A stretch of 64,000 bases of DNA, from IMG/VR virus record IMGVR_UViG_3300026203_000001. One strand, written 5' to 3'. This document shows, piece after piece, positions 51,119-60,175 of the stretch. The notes below the pieces were generated by a model. It saw nothing but the letters and a program-made list of their open reading frames with translations, did not search any database and was not told the origin of the DNA. Positions within the stretch are counted from its first letter, which is position 1. Every line of letters starts with the position of its first letter. This DNA comes from an uncultured virus (IMG/VR IMGVR_UViG_3300026203_000001) (lineage: Duplodnaviria; Heunggongvirae; Uroviricota; Caudoviricetes). The translations under genes were made by a program, and so were the position numbers.

Positions 51119-51252
51119 TTACCCTGTCCTCGGTAACGTTTTTTTGCTGCATTACGAGAAGTTGCAGAATACTTGCTGTGCTGTCCTCTGCCCTGTCTTG
51201 TTTTTTTAGGTTTGGATTCAATAGTTTGACCCATACTGAAAGTTTTTGCCAT
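51115..51252 (-). CDS. Small very basic protein (45 aa)
   Basis: MAKTFSMGQTIESKPKKTRQGRGQHSKYSATSRNAAKKRYRGQGK; missing from the ORF track. Confidence 0.75.
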   Translation of the reverse strand: MAKTFSMGQTIESKPKKTRQGRGQHSKYSATSRNAAKKRYRGQGK

Positions 51253-51311
51253 AGTAATAATGTAGTTTTATAAGAGGGCACTCCTTCTACGTGGAGATCT
51301 TTTGTACTCCC

Positions 51312-51446
51312 TCAGTGTGAATGACTGTAATCTATATCTATATCAATACCAGAACAATCTGGTATTTCAAGATTGTCATCTTCTTGACCTTCCATCATCT
51401 TTTCTATCCACTCTTCAAAACTTTGTGACTTTCTAGTTTTTTCCAT
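51312..51446 (-). CDS. Small acidic hypothetical protein (likely start MEKTRK)
   Basis: In-frame ATG just after the PAAR gene stop; the longer 51506 start overlaps that gene. Confidence 0.5.
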   Translation of the reverse strand: MEKTRKSQSFEEWIEKMMEGQEDDNLEIPDCSGIDIDIDYSHSH

Positions 51447-51451
51447 TTGAG

Positions 51452-51979
51452 TTAACCACAGAGAACAGTAGGAGAACCATAGGCAATAACTGATTTGCAA
51501 GGCCAAGATCTAAATCTAGGTCCCACACCCAGTGGATCTAAGATTCTAGCGACTCGTCTTTTAAGGGCGAATACAGTATATGTAGTCGCTGTAACAACCC
51601 TTTCGTGTCCAATACCACCTTTATCTTCGATCGTTAATATACTTCCTCCAAAAGGTGTGGGTATAATACACATCGCTTTTCCGCACGGGCAAGTGTAATT
51701 TACTATATTCGTCGTAATTGATCTGTGTTGGATAAATGAATCCATTTCCAACATAATGGGAAGTTTATTTACTAACACTGTTGCTCTTAGCGGAGATAAA
51801 CCGACTAGAGGTATCATTGGTGTGGGTGGCCACCAACAAGTTTTGTTTTTTAACTCAATAGTAAATGGTATAGGTGTACTTCCGCAAGGTTGAGTGTTAT
51901 GAATAGTTGCAGGTATAGGAATCCCGTGTCCACTACAAGGTAGACCATTGTGACTTGCTACTGGGAGTTTTCCTGGCAT
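51452..51979 (-). CDS. PAAR-like baseplate spike tip protein with insertions
   Basis: CSGHG..., TVLVNKLPI, GH.R....T.TVF.....VARILD, IAYGSPTV..G pattern; upstream of gp25. Confidence 0.7.
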   Translation of the reverse strand: MPGKLPVASHNGLPCSGHGIPIPATIHNTQPCGSTPIPFTIELKNKTCWWPPTPMIPLVGLSPLRATVLVNKLPIMLEMDSFIQHRSITTNIVNYTCPCGKAMCIIPTPFGGSILTIEDKGGIGHERVVTATTYTVFALKRRVARILDPLGVGPRFRSWPCKSVIAYGSPTVLCG

Positions 51980-52149
51980 TAGAAAGATGCGTCCGCGTAA
52001 TTTTCTGATGATTCATTAACTACGGTGTAAGTAAGATCCTCTGTAAAATAAGATCTGTATATCCTACCCCAAATAATGTCAAACTCAGATTGGTTTAGAT
52101 CTTTGAATAGACAATTTTCTTTCAAATAGATGTGATAAGTTTTTGTCAT
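51979..52149 (-). CDS. Small hypothetical protein (56 aa)
   Basis: MTKTYHIYLKENCLFKDLNQSEFDIIWGRIYRSY...; TAATG overlaps at both ends. Confidence 0.7.
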   Translation of the reverse strand: MTKTYHIYLKENCLFKDLNQSEFDIIWGRIYRSYFTEDLTYTVVNESSENYADASF

Positions 52150-55100
52150 TAATCGAACCTCAAGTCACATTCATCAAAATAAGGGTTTCCGTAATTGTTC
52201 ATAGTGTCATCTAGTAACTTTGAACCTGCTGTAGAATAGTTCCTATAAAGTAAACTTCCTTCATAGGGACCCATTTCTATATAGTTGTCCGCATTGATTA
52301 GGTTAGGGTCTATAGAAATAGCAGCGTGTACAACCTCATATAGTGCTTGACAACTAGAAAAAGGCGAATCACTACAAAGATCAGTCTGTGCAAGTGCGTT
52401 ACCACTTCCGTCATATCCCTTATTAACATCTAGTACACCATCTGTAACAAAGTTGTGCCAACACGGGTTTGGTAACTTCCCTCCACTACAACTAGGTAGA
52501 CTTGCGGAGTTATAGTTGTATATCCCCGCATTTCCACTAAATTGAAATGTTTGTGCGGAATAAGACTGAACATTACTTCCCAACCACGTTGCTAATTGAT
52601 CTAATTCCGTAAATCCCGCGTTTAAGGCATAATCAAATGTGTTTTCATCACCAGATAAAGGTACAAATGCGTATTGTCCTGCGGAAGTCTCATAACATCT
52701 ACCCTCTGCATCTCCTTGCTTACAAGGATGAGATTTCTTAGGTGCATTGTTTACTGTAATCAATCTAGGACGTGTTAATGTGGGTTGAGGTAGTGTTTGT
52801 AGGAAATTTAAGAATGACGTGTTTACAGACGCTCCTGCACCGCTTACATCGCCTTCTATCTCCAATGATACACGTATCCTTGCAGTCTCTTCCTGACTAG
52901 CACAGTACTTAAATGGCATATACCCTTTTACAGACTTTTCACCATCTGCATCCAGTGTTACAAAGGGGCACGGTATATCAAAGAACCTTCTAACCTCATA
53001 TAACTGTGGTTGACCCCATTCTTCACATCCCTCTGGGTATAATGAGTTGATTCCTGCTGTATCTGCGTCAACTTCCTTTGATGTTTCGTTAGATTCTTGC
53101 CAAAACTGTGAAATTTCCGCATTTCTCTCGTTAAAGTTAGGTGCATATTGACGCAAGTTAGAAAATAGCGTATCTGGAGAGTAATAATTATTAATATCAG
53201 ACCATTCTCCAGGCATATCTAGTTTCAAACAGTTCTGCGGAGTCGATTCACAGTCTTTACTTACCTCTTCATCGTTCAAATCTGGCATATCCATATAACT
53301 TGATACTACAGGATCGTTTTGTGAGTCATCATACTCCCCAATATTTTCATTAAAGGCATCTAAGTTTAAATTTACCTGCTCTTGCATACCAGTATCCAGT
53401 ATTCCTGTCTTCAATAAACCATCATAGTTATTTGCTATTTCCCTTACATTACCTCCTGTTCCAGGTTCTTCCAGATCTTCCTCGTATCTTTGCACAACTA
53501 ATACTCTAGGTTGTGACGAAGGACTGTATCCTTGACCTGGATCATTGATAATTACGTTTATAATACTGCCTTGATCATCTAAAACAGGTGTTAACTGTGC
53601 TTGTTTGAGCGTTCCTTGGAATCCAGACTCGTTTTTGTACGCTTCATTGAGTATTGCAGCGGTAGATTCCTTATCTGTTAACTCTTGACCTTGAAAATCT
53701 GGGTCATTATACGTTTTATTCTGTAAATTTATACCAGAATCATTAACAAATGTCTCTTGTTGGAACCTTGTAGGGTCAGCAAACCCCATTTCACGCATTG
53801 TTTCGGGAAATTCTATCGCAAGATCGGGATTTTTGTAATCTTTTCCGCTATTGATGATGTTTACTCCTGCAACTTTACCCTTTTCATCAATAATTGCCTC
53901 TATAAATGCCTCACTTAAGTTACGATCTGGTATAAGTGCGTTCTCTTTTAATGAAACACCGAGGTAAGTTACTCTTTTTGGGAACTCATACACTCCCCAG
54001 AACGCTGCTTTGTCCTTTATACCGTATCCTGCTAGTACATTTATACTCCCACCGTTAGATGAAGTAAAAGATTGGTTGTATGTAAACGCATTTCCCGTAG
54101 TTTCATTGCTAATTTGAGTCAATTCCATATATCCACAGTTCATTTCATCACCAAAATAGCGACAAGCAGTAATCATCCACCCATTTATACGCTCTCCTAC
54201 TGCAAAAAACCCTGTATTGGATGTATATCTAAAAAATATACGGGGTTCATCTGTATCAGTTCCCCAGAATGACTCATTTGCTCCTACTTGATTGAATGGA
54301 GCATCTACATACATTCTAGTTTTCTTTGTTACCCACGCACTCTCTTTTATAGTGTAATTGTAAGTATGATACTCAAGAGTGGGTTGTGCGTTATCATCAT
54401 CAAGACAAGGAGCGTCTGTTGTAAGGAAGTTTATACCATATACGGGTCCATTCCACGGATATGACGTATCATAGAGGTAATATACGAATTGTCCCTCGAA
54501 AGCATCGTGAAAATTCAATGATCTTGGTACAGAACCCTTTACTGGTCCGTTTTTTCCGTAAAACCACTCGTAATACGCTGCTGTACTCAATATTTCTACT
54601 GCTGAACCTCCCCAACCCGCTTGAGATGGTGGATCTTGCAATGCAAGGTAGTCTCCTAGTCCAAAACTAGCGTTTTCATCAAAATCATACCACCCAGAAC
54701 GATTTACTTCACCTGTATTCCTTGGTTTTCCTAAATTTTCAATCTTTTTTCTACCTCTAGGTGCTCCAGAGGTCATTACGTAACCAATTATACCTACAAA
54801 TGCGTATTGTTGCTGTCTAGGGTCTGAACAATCAGGTACTCCCGCTACTCCAATCTCTAAATTATTCTCTTTTACGGGGTTTATTGTGTAAAAATTGTCA
54901 GGACCACGGTTTACTCCGCTAGGTAACTTATATTCATACAGAGGAACTGCGGTTTCACCACCTTTCATCAATCCAGATGACGCTGCGTTCGCTGCGGATG
55001 TCCAAATGTACCCTAATAACTCTCCTCCGCTACCTGTAGTCAAGTATGAGTTGTTTCCTGCGGAGTCAAAGTTAGTATAGAGTGCAACAGCACCAGTTTG

Positions 55101-55463
55101 ACTGTCCTGCATTATAGTGAAGTACTGTGCACTCCTCTGACGTGGTTCTCTATTGTAACTACGGAAGTCGTAAACGTTATCTTCTAGAGTATCTTCCTTA
55201 CTGTATAGGTGATCTCTTAATTTACCACTATAGTATCTGTATATTGATGTTCTTTCTGCATCACAGTTATCTAAACACGTTGCAGTAGGTTCTCCTAGGT
55301 AAAATACCTGATCCTTACCAAACTTAAACCCACCAGGACCTATCCCTTGGAATTGAATGGTGTACCCTGCGGGTATATTAGTTCCAGTATAGACTTTTGT
55401 ATAATCTTCTGAGTCAACAGGGTTCATATAAGAACGACCTGTTTCTAGGATCTTAGCGGGCAT
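52149..55463 (-). CDS. Large acidic, Cys-containing putative structural protein (1104 aa)
   Basis: Long ORF; N-terminal IYRYY..DHLY / PLYEY..DNFYT repeats; IINSGKDY and INDPGQGY motifs shared with the baseplate proteins. Confidence 0.65.
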   Translation of the reverse strand: MPAKILETGRSYMNPVDSEDYTKVYTGTNIPAGYTIQFQGIGPGGFKFGKDQVFYLGEPTATCLDNCDAERTSIYRYYSGKLRDHLYSKEDTLEDNVYDFRSYNREPRQRSAQYFTIMQDSQTGAVALYTNFDSAGNNSYLTTGSGGELLGYIWTSAANAASSGLMKGGETAVPLYEYKLPSGVNRGPDNFYTINPVKENNLEIGVAGVPDCSDPRQQQYAFVGIIGYVMTSGAPRGRKKIENLGKPRNTGEVNRSGWYDFDENASFGLGDYLALQDPPSQAGWGGSAVEILSTAAYYEWFYGKNGPVKGSVPRSLNFHDAFEGQFVYYLYDTSYPWNGPVYGINFLTTDAPCLDDDNAQPTLEYHTYNYTIKESAWVTKKTRMYVDAPFNQVGANESFWGTDTDEPRIFFRYTSNTGFFAVGERINGWMITACRYFGDEMNCGYMELTQISNETTGNAFTYNQSFTSSNGGSINVLAGYGIKDKAAFWGVYEFPKRVTYLGVSLKENALIPDRNLSEAFIEAIIDEKGKVAGVNIINSGKDYKNPDLAIEFPETMREMGFADPTRFQQETFVNDSGINLQNKTYNDPDFQGQELTDKESTAAILNEAYKNESGFQGTLKQAQLTPVLDDQGSIINVIINDPGQGYSPSSQPRVLVVQRYEEDLEEPGTGGNVREIANNYDGLLKTGILDTGMQEQVNLNLDAFNENIGEYDDSQNDPVVSSYMDMPDLNDEEVSKDCESTPQNCLKLDMPGEWSDINNYYSPDTLFSNLRQYAPNFNERNAEISQFWQESNETSKEVDADTAGINSLYPEGCEEWGQPQLYEVRRFFDIPCPFVTLDADGEKSVKGYMPFKYCASQEETARIRVSLEIEGDVSGAGASVNTSFLNFLQTLPQPTLTRPRLITVNNAPKKSHPCKQGDAEGRCYETSAGQYAFVPLSGDENTFDYALNAGFTELDQLATWLGSNVQSYSAQTFQFSGNAGIYNYNSASLPSCSGGKLPNPCWHNFVTDGVLDVNKGYDGSGNALAQTDLCSDSPFSSCQALYEVVHAAISIDPNLINADNYIEMGPYEGSLLYRNYSTAGSKLLDDTMNNYGNPYFDECDLRFD

Positions 55464-55737
55464 CCATTTGTGCTAGAGTTTCTTCAATTTTATTTAGTCT
55501 GTCAAAAATAGTATCAAATACCTGTAGCAAATTACTATGTTTATCATTTCCAGGGATCTTATATTGTATCATATCAGCACCTCTACTTAAGAATGCTTCT
55601 ATCTGCTGAGTACGATTGGCAATGTTAGTAGCAGTCTTTGCTATCATTCCAAACCTCCACTCGTTCTCCTCTTCTATAGATTTAAACTCAGGTACCTCTA
55701 AATCTTGAGGTATTACTAGATCTTCTTGGTTTTCCAT
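55453..55737 (-). CDS. Hypothetical protein
   Basis: 94 aa, coupled to both neighbours. Confidence 0.65.
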   Translation of the reverse strand: MENQEDLVIPQDLEVPEFKSIEEENEWRFGMIAKTATNIANRTQQIEAFLSRGADMIQYKIPGNDKHSNLLQVFDTIFDRLNKIEETLAQMDAR

Positions 55738-56276
55738 TAAAAATAATTAAAATTCAATACTACACGGAACTTTTGGTCTGTGCAACTGGTACCTGCGTGA
55801 GGTGTATTCACCTTAAATTTTAGCAAACGATTTGCCTTACTGTCAACTTTAGTACCGTCTTGAAAGTATGTATAACCATTATTGTCATTTAGATAGTATA
55901 TTGCAGTAGTAGCACCATCAAACTCATCAGATCCATACTCACCACAGTCTGTATGGAAGTCATACTCCTGTAGTTTATCTGTATGGTGATTTAGGTTTGC
56001 CTTTATACGTATCAGTGCTCTTGGTTCTAAACGGTTCACTATAGGTAGTACCTTCTCATACTGAGGTCCTAGAGGTTGTCCTCCTCCATATACGTAGTTT
56101 ACCATTTGCCAGTTATATATCTCTTTCGCTTGTAACTCAGGATCTACCATTCGGGCAACGTGCATTACCTTCGCTTGGTTTACATACCACGGAAAGTCTT
56201 GTCCCGTAAAGTAGTCTCGGACTTCCTCAAACTCATTCGGGGGGAGGTAGTTATCGATAATTTCAAAGTTCATCAC
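55737..56276 (-). CDS. 2OG-Fe(II) oxygenase-like protein
   Basis: IIDNYL, FPWY, RIKANL, FHTD (HxD), TAIYYLNDNNGYT, HAGTSCTD..RVVLNFNYF. Confidence 0.8.
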   Translation of the reverse strand: MMNFEIIDNYLPPNEFEEVRDYFTGQDFPWYVNQAKVMHVARMVDPELQAKEIYNWQMVNYVYGGGQPLGPQYEKVLPIVNRLEPRALIRIKANLNHHTDKLQEYDFHTDCGEYGSDEFDGATTAIYYLNDNNGYTYFQDGTKVDSKANRLLKFKVNTPHAGTSCTDQKFRVVLNFNYF

Positions 56277-56343
56277 AATTTCAGAATAGTTACGACGACG
56301 CGGGGGTAACGTTTCTCATCGTCAGACCCCTCTATATGCCTTT

Positions 56344-56508
56344 CTAATGGTCACAAACATAGTTGTGGTTGTATCTGTCTATCGACGGTTGTATTTTATC
56401 CAATATATCTTCACATTCGTCATAAGTCACAGTCTGATACTGAGACAAGTTCTTTTGATACTGTTCTACTGCTCTATACATTAAAGAGAGTTCTGCTTTG
56501 TTAAACAT
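56344..56508 (-). CDS. Small hypothetical protein (54 aa)
   Basis: MFNKAELSLMYRAVEQYQ...YDECEDILDKIQP; overlaps the upstream stop. Confidence 0.6.
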   Translation of the reverse strand: MFNKAELSLMYRAVEQYQKNLSQYQTVTYDECEDILDKIQPSIDRYNHNYVCDH

Positions 56509-56662
56509 CTGCCTTGGTGATGATTAGTTGTTCGTCGATAATATCATATTGTAACATATCTCCCACTGTCAACGCAAGTTCTTCAACGATCTGATCAGGT
56601 ATCTTAAAAGTCATTTCACCGTAGTCATCTTCCTCAATAGGAACTAGAAATCGTTTACTCAT
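56501..56662 (-). CDS. AbrB/SpoVT-like small DNA-binding protein (53 aa)
   Basis: IEEDDYGEMTFKIPDQIVEELALTVGDMLQYDIIDEQLIITK matches the swapped-hairpin pattern G....IP....+.L....GD. Confidence 0.65.
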   Translation of the reverse strand: MSKRFLVPIEEDDYGEMTFKIPDQIVEELALTVGDMLQYDIIDEQLIITKADV

Positions 56663-57074
56663 TCTTTCGTAAAATATAGCGTATCAATGGTATATAGGAT
56701 TCTATGTATTCTAGGTTACTAACGTACGCATACTTGTGTTGAAGTATTAACCCATCCCCCAAATATATCGCTGCGTGCTTGATCTTATCAGTACCAAATG
56801 AGAAGCATATCACGTCGTTCTTTTTCAAAATGTCTGGGTTAAACTCACTGTCACCTTCCTCTTTCTCAAAGACAATACTCCAACCCTCTCTTTCTATATC
56901 CTCTATCTTATACTGTCTGACTGTAAGAGAGTAGTCCTGAGAGAACTCCTGTACTCCAGTCTCTTTCATATAGTCATAGATGAGTGTGAAACATCCCCCA
57001 CCCCTTTGCTGCTTCCAAGGGCGACCTAACCAAGGGGAGTAATCATCCTCGTACTTTTTTAGCAAATGGTCCAT
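56655..57074 (-). CDS. NlpC/P60 family protein
   Basis: WLGRPW...GCFTLIYDY (Cys), DVICF...HAAIYLGDGLILQH (His). Confidence 0.8.
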   Translation of the reverse strand: MDHLLKKYEDDYSPWLGRPWKQQRGGGCFTLIYDYMKETGVQEFSQDYSLTVRQYKIEDIEREGWSIVFEKEEGDSEFNPDILKKNDVICFSFGTDKIKHAAIYLGDGLILQHKYAYVSNLEYIESYIPLIRYILRKNE

Positions 57075-57258
57075 ACGTAAAATTTTTTTTGGGATTTTTT
57101 TTATATATCAGGGTACCTTAAATGCGTTTTCGATAATATAGCAAACCCTATACTTTTGTAGGTTAGACAAAATCGAATTTTTTAATATGCCACTTTGCCA
57201 ACTGTCACAAGGTGAAAATGGTTATCGTTTTCATTCTCACCTGTGTCACCTCTGAGAC

Positions 57259-57474
57259 TTACATATAAAAAGAATCCTCTGGGAATTGTATTTTATCGCC
57301 ATCTACTAGAATGGCATTACCTTCTTTAAGATTTACATAAAGTTGTGCTAATAATCTTCTAGCACCTACTAGACCTAAATCTTCTATTAACTCAGCATCT
57401 AGTCTTTTCTTGTAGCATTTAGTTTTTTGAAATTCTCTCCAAGTTAGGTGTCTAGCGTATGTAATAGTTTCCAT
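57259..57474 (-). CDS. Early hypothetical protein
   Basis: 71 aa behind a sigma70-like promoter and AACACT leader. Confidence 0.65.
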   Translation of the reverse strand: METITYARHLTWREFQKTKCYKKRLDAELIEDLGLVGARRLLAQLYVNLKEGNAILVDGDKIQFPEDSFYM

Positions 57475-57501
57475 AATAGGTTAGTTAGTGTTGTTATATT
57501 A

Positions 57502-57531
57502 ATTATAGCGAATAATTCTGATATATGTGAA
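57502..57531 (-). promoter_or_regulatory. Sigma70-like early promoter TTCACA-N18-TATAAT
   Basis: Read directly upstream of the 57474 ATG. Confidence 0.65.
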
Positions 57532-57693
57532 TATCTTAGAATATATGTTAAGTTGCAGTTATTATGACAATTCCGTTACATAACACTAGAAAAAAAATCC
57601 GTTTCGTGCTAACTTCCTAAGACTACAATTAACTAGAGATATAAAATTGAAAACTATATTTTTTTATACCTTTTTAATTTATTCTAAATTCAT

Positions 57694-58059
57694 TCATTTA
57701 TACCGTAAATTTTTAAAATGGTCGTTTACTTTGTTCCCATCTATATGTCTAACTTGCCTATGTTCTAGGTTAACAGTTTGGTTACTTTCTATTATTTCCG
57801 CACTTAAAAAAGCACTTGCAACTAGGCGGGCAATTCTTCTTACAACTGTCTTACCGTTATGCCTTAAAGTTACTCTCTTGTAACCGTTTTCATTAATATG
57901 AGTCCTAAGTTTTTTCCACTTTCCCCACTTAGTTGAATAGACCTCGCCATTCTCCTTAATGTAATAATCTTCATATAGTGGTAAAGGTTTATAGATGTTT
58001 CCGCTATCATCAACAAAAGTTTCCGCATCTACTTTTTTAAACGTGTAAATAGTCATCAT
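57694..58059 (-). CDS. NUMOD4/HNH homing-endonuclease-like protein, apparently degenerate
   Basis: Y.I...GEVYS...NGYKRVTL...IARLVASAFL...VRHIDGNKVND...NL; ends before the usual C-terminal Asn/His helix. Confidence 0.7.
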   Translation of the reverse strand: MMTIYTFKKVDAETFVDDSGNIYKPLPLYEDYYIKENGEVYSTKWGKWKKLRTHINENGYKRVTLRHNGKTVVRRIARLVASAFLSAEIIESNQTVNLEHRQVRHIDGNKVNDHFKNLRYK

Positions 58060-58072
58060 TTTATAGGATAAT

Positions 58073-58101
58073 AAAAAAGGGACTAGGTTAATAGTCCCTT
58101 T
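58073..58101 (-). terminator. Rho-independent terminator after ardA
   Basis: AAAGGGACTA-N6-TAGTCCCTTT stem running into a T tract on the minus strand. Confidence 0.75.
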
Positions 58102-58132
58102 ATATATAAGATTAATTAAAACCCTTTTTTAC

Positions 58133-58672
58133 TTAGAAATTGCTAAAAATATGGTTATCCCATTCGCAATAGTCGTAACTTAGTGAATGATTCCAAATTT
58201 TTTCGTAGTCGATACAGTTTTCTATCCAACTAGGTAAAGAGTTAGAGATATAACCACATTCTGAGATTATTTCCTCTGTAAACTCTGCTCCGCTGTAGTA
58301 TTTTCCTCTGTAAGACTCTTCTAAGTGCATTAAGTCGTTTATACTGAATAAGTTAATAAATGCTTCAATAATCTCATCAACTGGGGAATCGAAGTATCTT
58401 AACTCATTACAAACATTTTCATAAGTGTCAATTTCTTCGATAGCGTCATCTATGTCTAGGTTGAAAGTCTCTTGAAATTCTTGAATTTCGTCAAGTCTCT
58501 CTGTTCCTTCATCAAGTGCTATTTCTGAGACTTTAGAAAATTCTACTCCGTAGTCTGTAGAAAATTCTAAACTACGGTTAACAATAGCATTAAGTTCTAA
58601 AACTCTTGACTTTCTTAAATCAGCATTGATTTTGTCTAGTCTAGTTTGCTGAGAGTTAGATAAAGTTTGCAT
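58133..58672 (-). CDS. ardA: ArdA-like antirestriction (DNA mimic) protein
   Basis: Very acidic. C-terminal EESYRGKY....EF.EEI..E.G.....LPSWIENCIDYEKIW...Y matches the ArdA C-terminal pattern. Confidence 0.72.
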   Translation of the reverse strand: MQTLSNSQQTRLDKINADLRKSRVLELNAIVNRSLEFSTDYGVEFSKVSEIALDEGTERLDEIQEFQETFNLDIDDAIEEIDTYENVCNELRYFDSPVDEIIEAFINLFSINDLMHLEESYRGKYYSGAEFTEEIISECGYISNSLPSWIENCIDYEKIWNHSLSYDYCEWDNHIFSNF

Positions 58673-58699
58673 TTTGGGAAAAGTGTTTTGTATAAGTTA

Positions 58700-58756
58700 A
58701 TGATAACATAAATTTTTGATTTATGGCAAGAAAAAAGAGAATTTTTACATTCTCTT
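58700..58756 (-). promoter_or_regulatory. Hairpin plus sigma70-like promoter TTGCCA-N18-TATCAT (TGn extended -10)
   Basis: Stem AAGAGAAT-GTAAAA-ATTCTCTT (58735-58756), then a promoter whose spacer is the palindrome CATAAAT-N5-ATTTATG. Confidence 0.72.
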
Positions 58757-58765
58757 AATATTCTC

Positions 58766-59101
58766 TTACAAAGTTTTTAAATCAATAAATCCTTCATATA
58801 TGTCTATAACTGTTTCTAAAACAGTTTCAAAAGTATGTTTGTGAACATAAATCTCATCATCAAAAACGAATTTATCTCTTTTTTTGAGTACTTCCAAAAC
58901 GTTATGGGCAATATCTTCTAAATTTTTCTGTGTATAAACTGTTGCCTTCCAGTTTCCACAATAGTTAAACCTTCTATCTAGTTTTTGAACTAAATCCTCT
59001 GTTGTAACTGTTGTTAAATCTAAAACGTATTTTCCATTTAATTTTCTGTGTATTCTCTCTTTAATTTTTTTGTTTAGTTGTTTAGTGTTTGAATTTTGCA
59101 T
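58766..59101 (-). CDS. Early hypothetical protein
   Basis: 111 aa; shares TTCCCAAAATGCAAA start context with ardA. Confidence 0.65.
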   Translation of the reverse strand: MQNSNTKQLNKKIKERIHRKLNGKYVLDLTTVTTEDLVQKLDRRFNYCGNWKATVYTQKNLEDIAHNVLEVLKKRDKFVFDDEIYVHKHTFETVLETVIDIYEGFIDLKTL

Positions 59102-59128
59102 TTTGGGAATAAATGAATTTATAAATTA

Positions 59129-59185
59129 ATGATAACATATTTTTTACAATATGTGAGAGTAAAAAGAGAATTTTTATATTCTCTT
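59129..59185 (-). promoter_or_regulatory. Hairpin plus promoter CTCACA-N17-TATCAT
   Basis: Near copy of the 58700-58756 cassette; spacer palindrome ACATATT-GTAAAA-AATATGT. Confidence 0.68.
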
Positions 59186-59426
59186 AATATTCGCTCCATA
59201 TTCTGAGATATGCGTTAATCTCTGCTAATGTGCAAGAATACTTATATTCTGCTCCATTACCAGTAATAAATCTGCCAAAAGAATTAGTTAAAGCAAGTTC
59301 ATATAATCCATCATTTTCAAAGTAAACGATAGATGCACCATAACTGTTATTAGGGAAATTGATTTTACTTACTTTAGTGTTAGGGATATTTCCCTTTTCT
59401 GTAGCGTAAGGATAAAACTCGAACAT
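59184..59426 (-). CDS. Early hypothetical protein
   Basis: 80 aa; FPNNSYGASIV....GLYELA. Confidence 0.65.
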   Translation of the reverse strand: MFEFYPYATEKGNIPNTKVSKINFPNNSYGASIVYFENDGLYELALTNSFGRFITGNGAEYKYSCTLAEINAYLRIWSEY

Positions 59427-59450
59427 AGTGTAATTAGTGTTGTTAATACT

Positions 59451-59497
59451 ATGATAACATAATTTTTACATTATGTGAGTATGAAATATTAAGAAAT
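59451..59497 (-). promoter_or_regulatory. Promoter CTCACA-N17-TATCAT with upstream ATTTCTTAATATTTCA box
   Basis: Spacer palindrome ACATAAT-GTAAAA-ATTATGT; box repeated at other early promoters. Confidence 0.68.
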
Positions 59498-59506
59498 AAT
59501 AAAGCA

Positions 59507-59540
59507 TAAAAAAAAGGTTAGAGTTCCCAATTCTAACCTT
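59507..59540 (-). terminator. Rho-independent terminator
   Basis: AAGGTTAGAATT-GGG-AACTCTAACCTT stem followed by a long T run on the minus strand. Confidence 0.72.
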
Positions 59541-59662
59541 AGAAAAAACCAAATTTTTAAATTTATCAATTTAACCTAACAATATTAACCATAGTGTGAG
59601 ATATGATTAATATTACTGGACTTACATTATAGGGAACACTAAAACCTATAAATGCCAGTTAT

Positions 59663-60097
59663 CTAACTTGCTAGTGGGTAGTATCCGTTAGTGTTGAAAT
59701 AGTCAATATCTGAAATAGTTAAATGCTTTTCAAATACTTTCATACCTTCATAAAATTGAATCTCAGCACCAGTTAAAGTGTCAATTACTACCCATTGCTT
59801 TTTTACTTGCTTGATATAAACTCTATCCTTAGTTAATTCCGATAGGATAGCGTTTAATCTCTCTTTAGTTGTTTTGGTTCTAAATCCACCATTAAACAAC
59901 TTAACTGACCTATAACCAAAATGTGTGTGGTCGATTGAAGCGATTATTGTATCGTAAAATTTTACGTCAACAATATTTGAACCGTCTAACCTAGTAATAA
60001 CTTCAGTATTACCTAGTCCAGTTCCCTTAGTGTTGCACCTCATCATAGCGAAAATTGCTGATGTTGTACTGGGTTTTGAAAAAGTCAAAGTTGGCAT
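59663..60097 (-). CDS. Early hypothetical protein
   Basis: 144 aa; LFNGGFRTKTTKERLNAIL...IKQ....W motif seen in uncharacterised phage proteins. Confidence 0.7.
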   Translation of the reverse strand: MPTLTFSKPSTTSAIFAMMRCNTKGTGLGNTEVITRLDGSNIVDVKFYDTIIASIDHTHFGYRSVKLFNGGFRTKTTKERLNAILSELTKDRVYIKQVKKQWVVIDTLTGAEIQFYEGMKVFEKHLTISDIDYFNTNGYYPLAS

Positions 60098-60175
60098 TTT
60101 GAAAAAGTGTTTTTTGCTTATATACCTATATTATCATAAAATATAGGTTAGTGTGGATTGAATTGTTAAGAAAAT

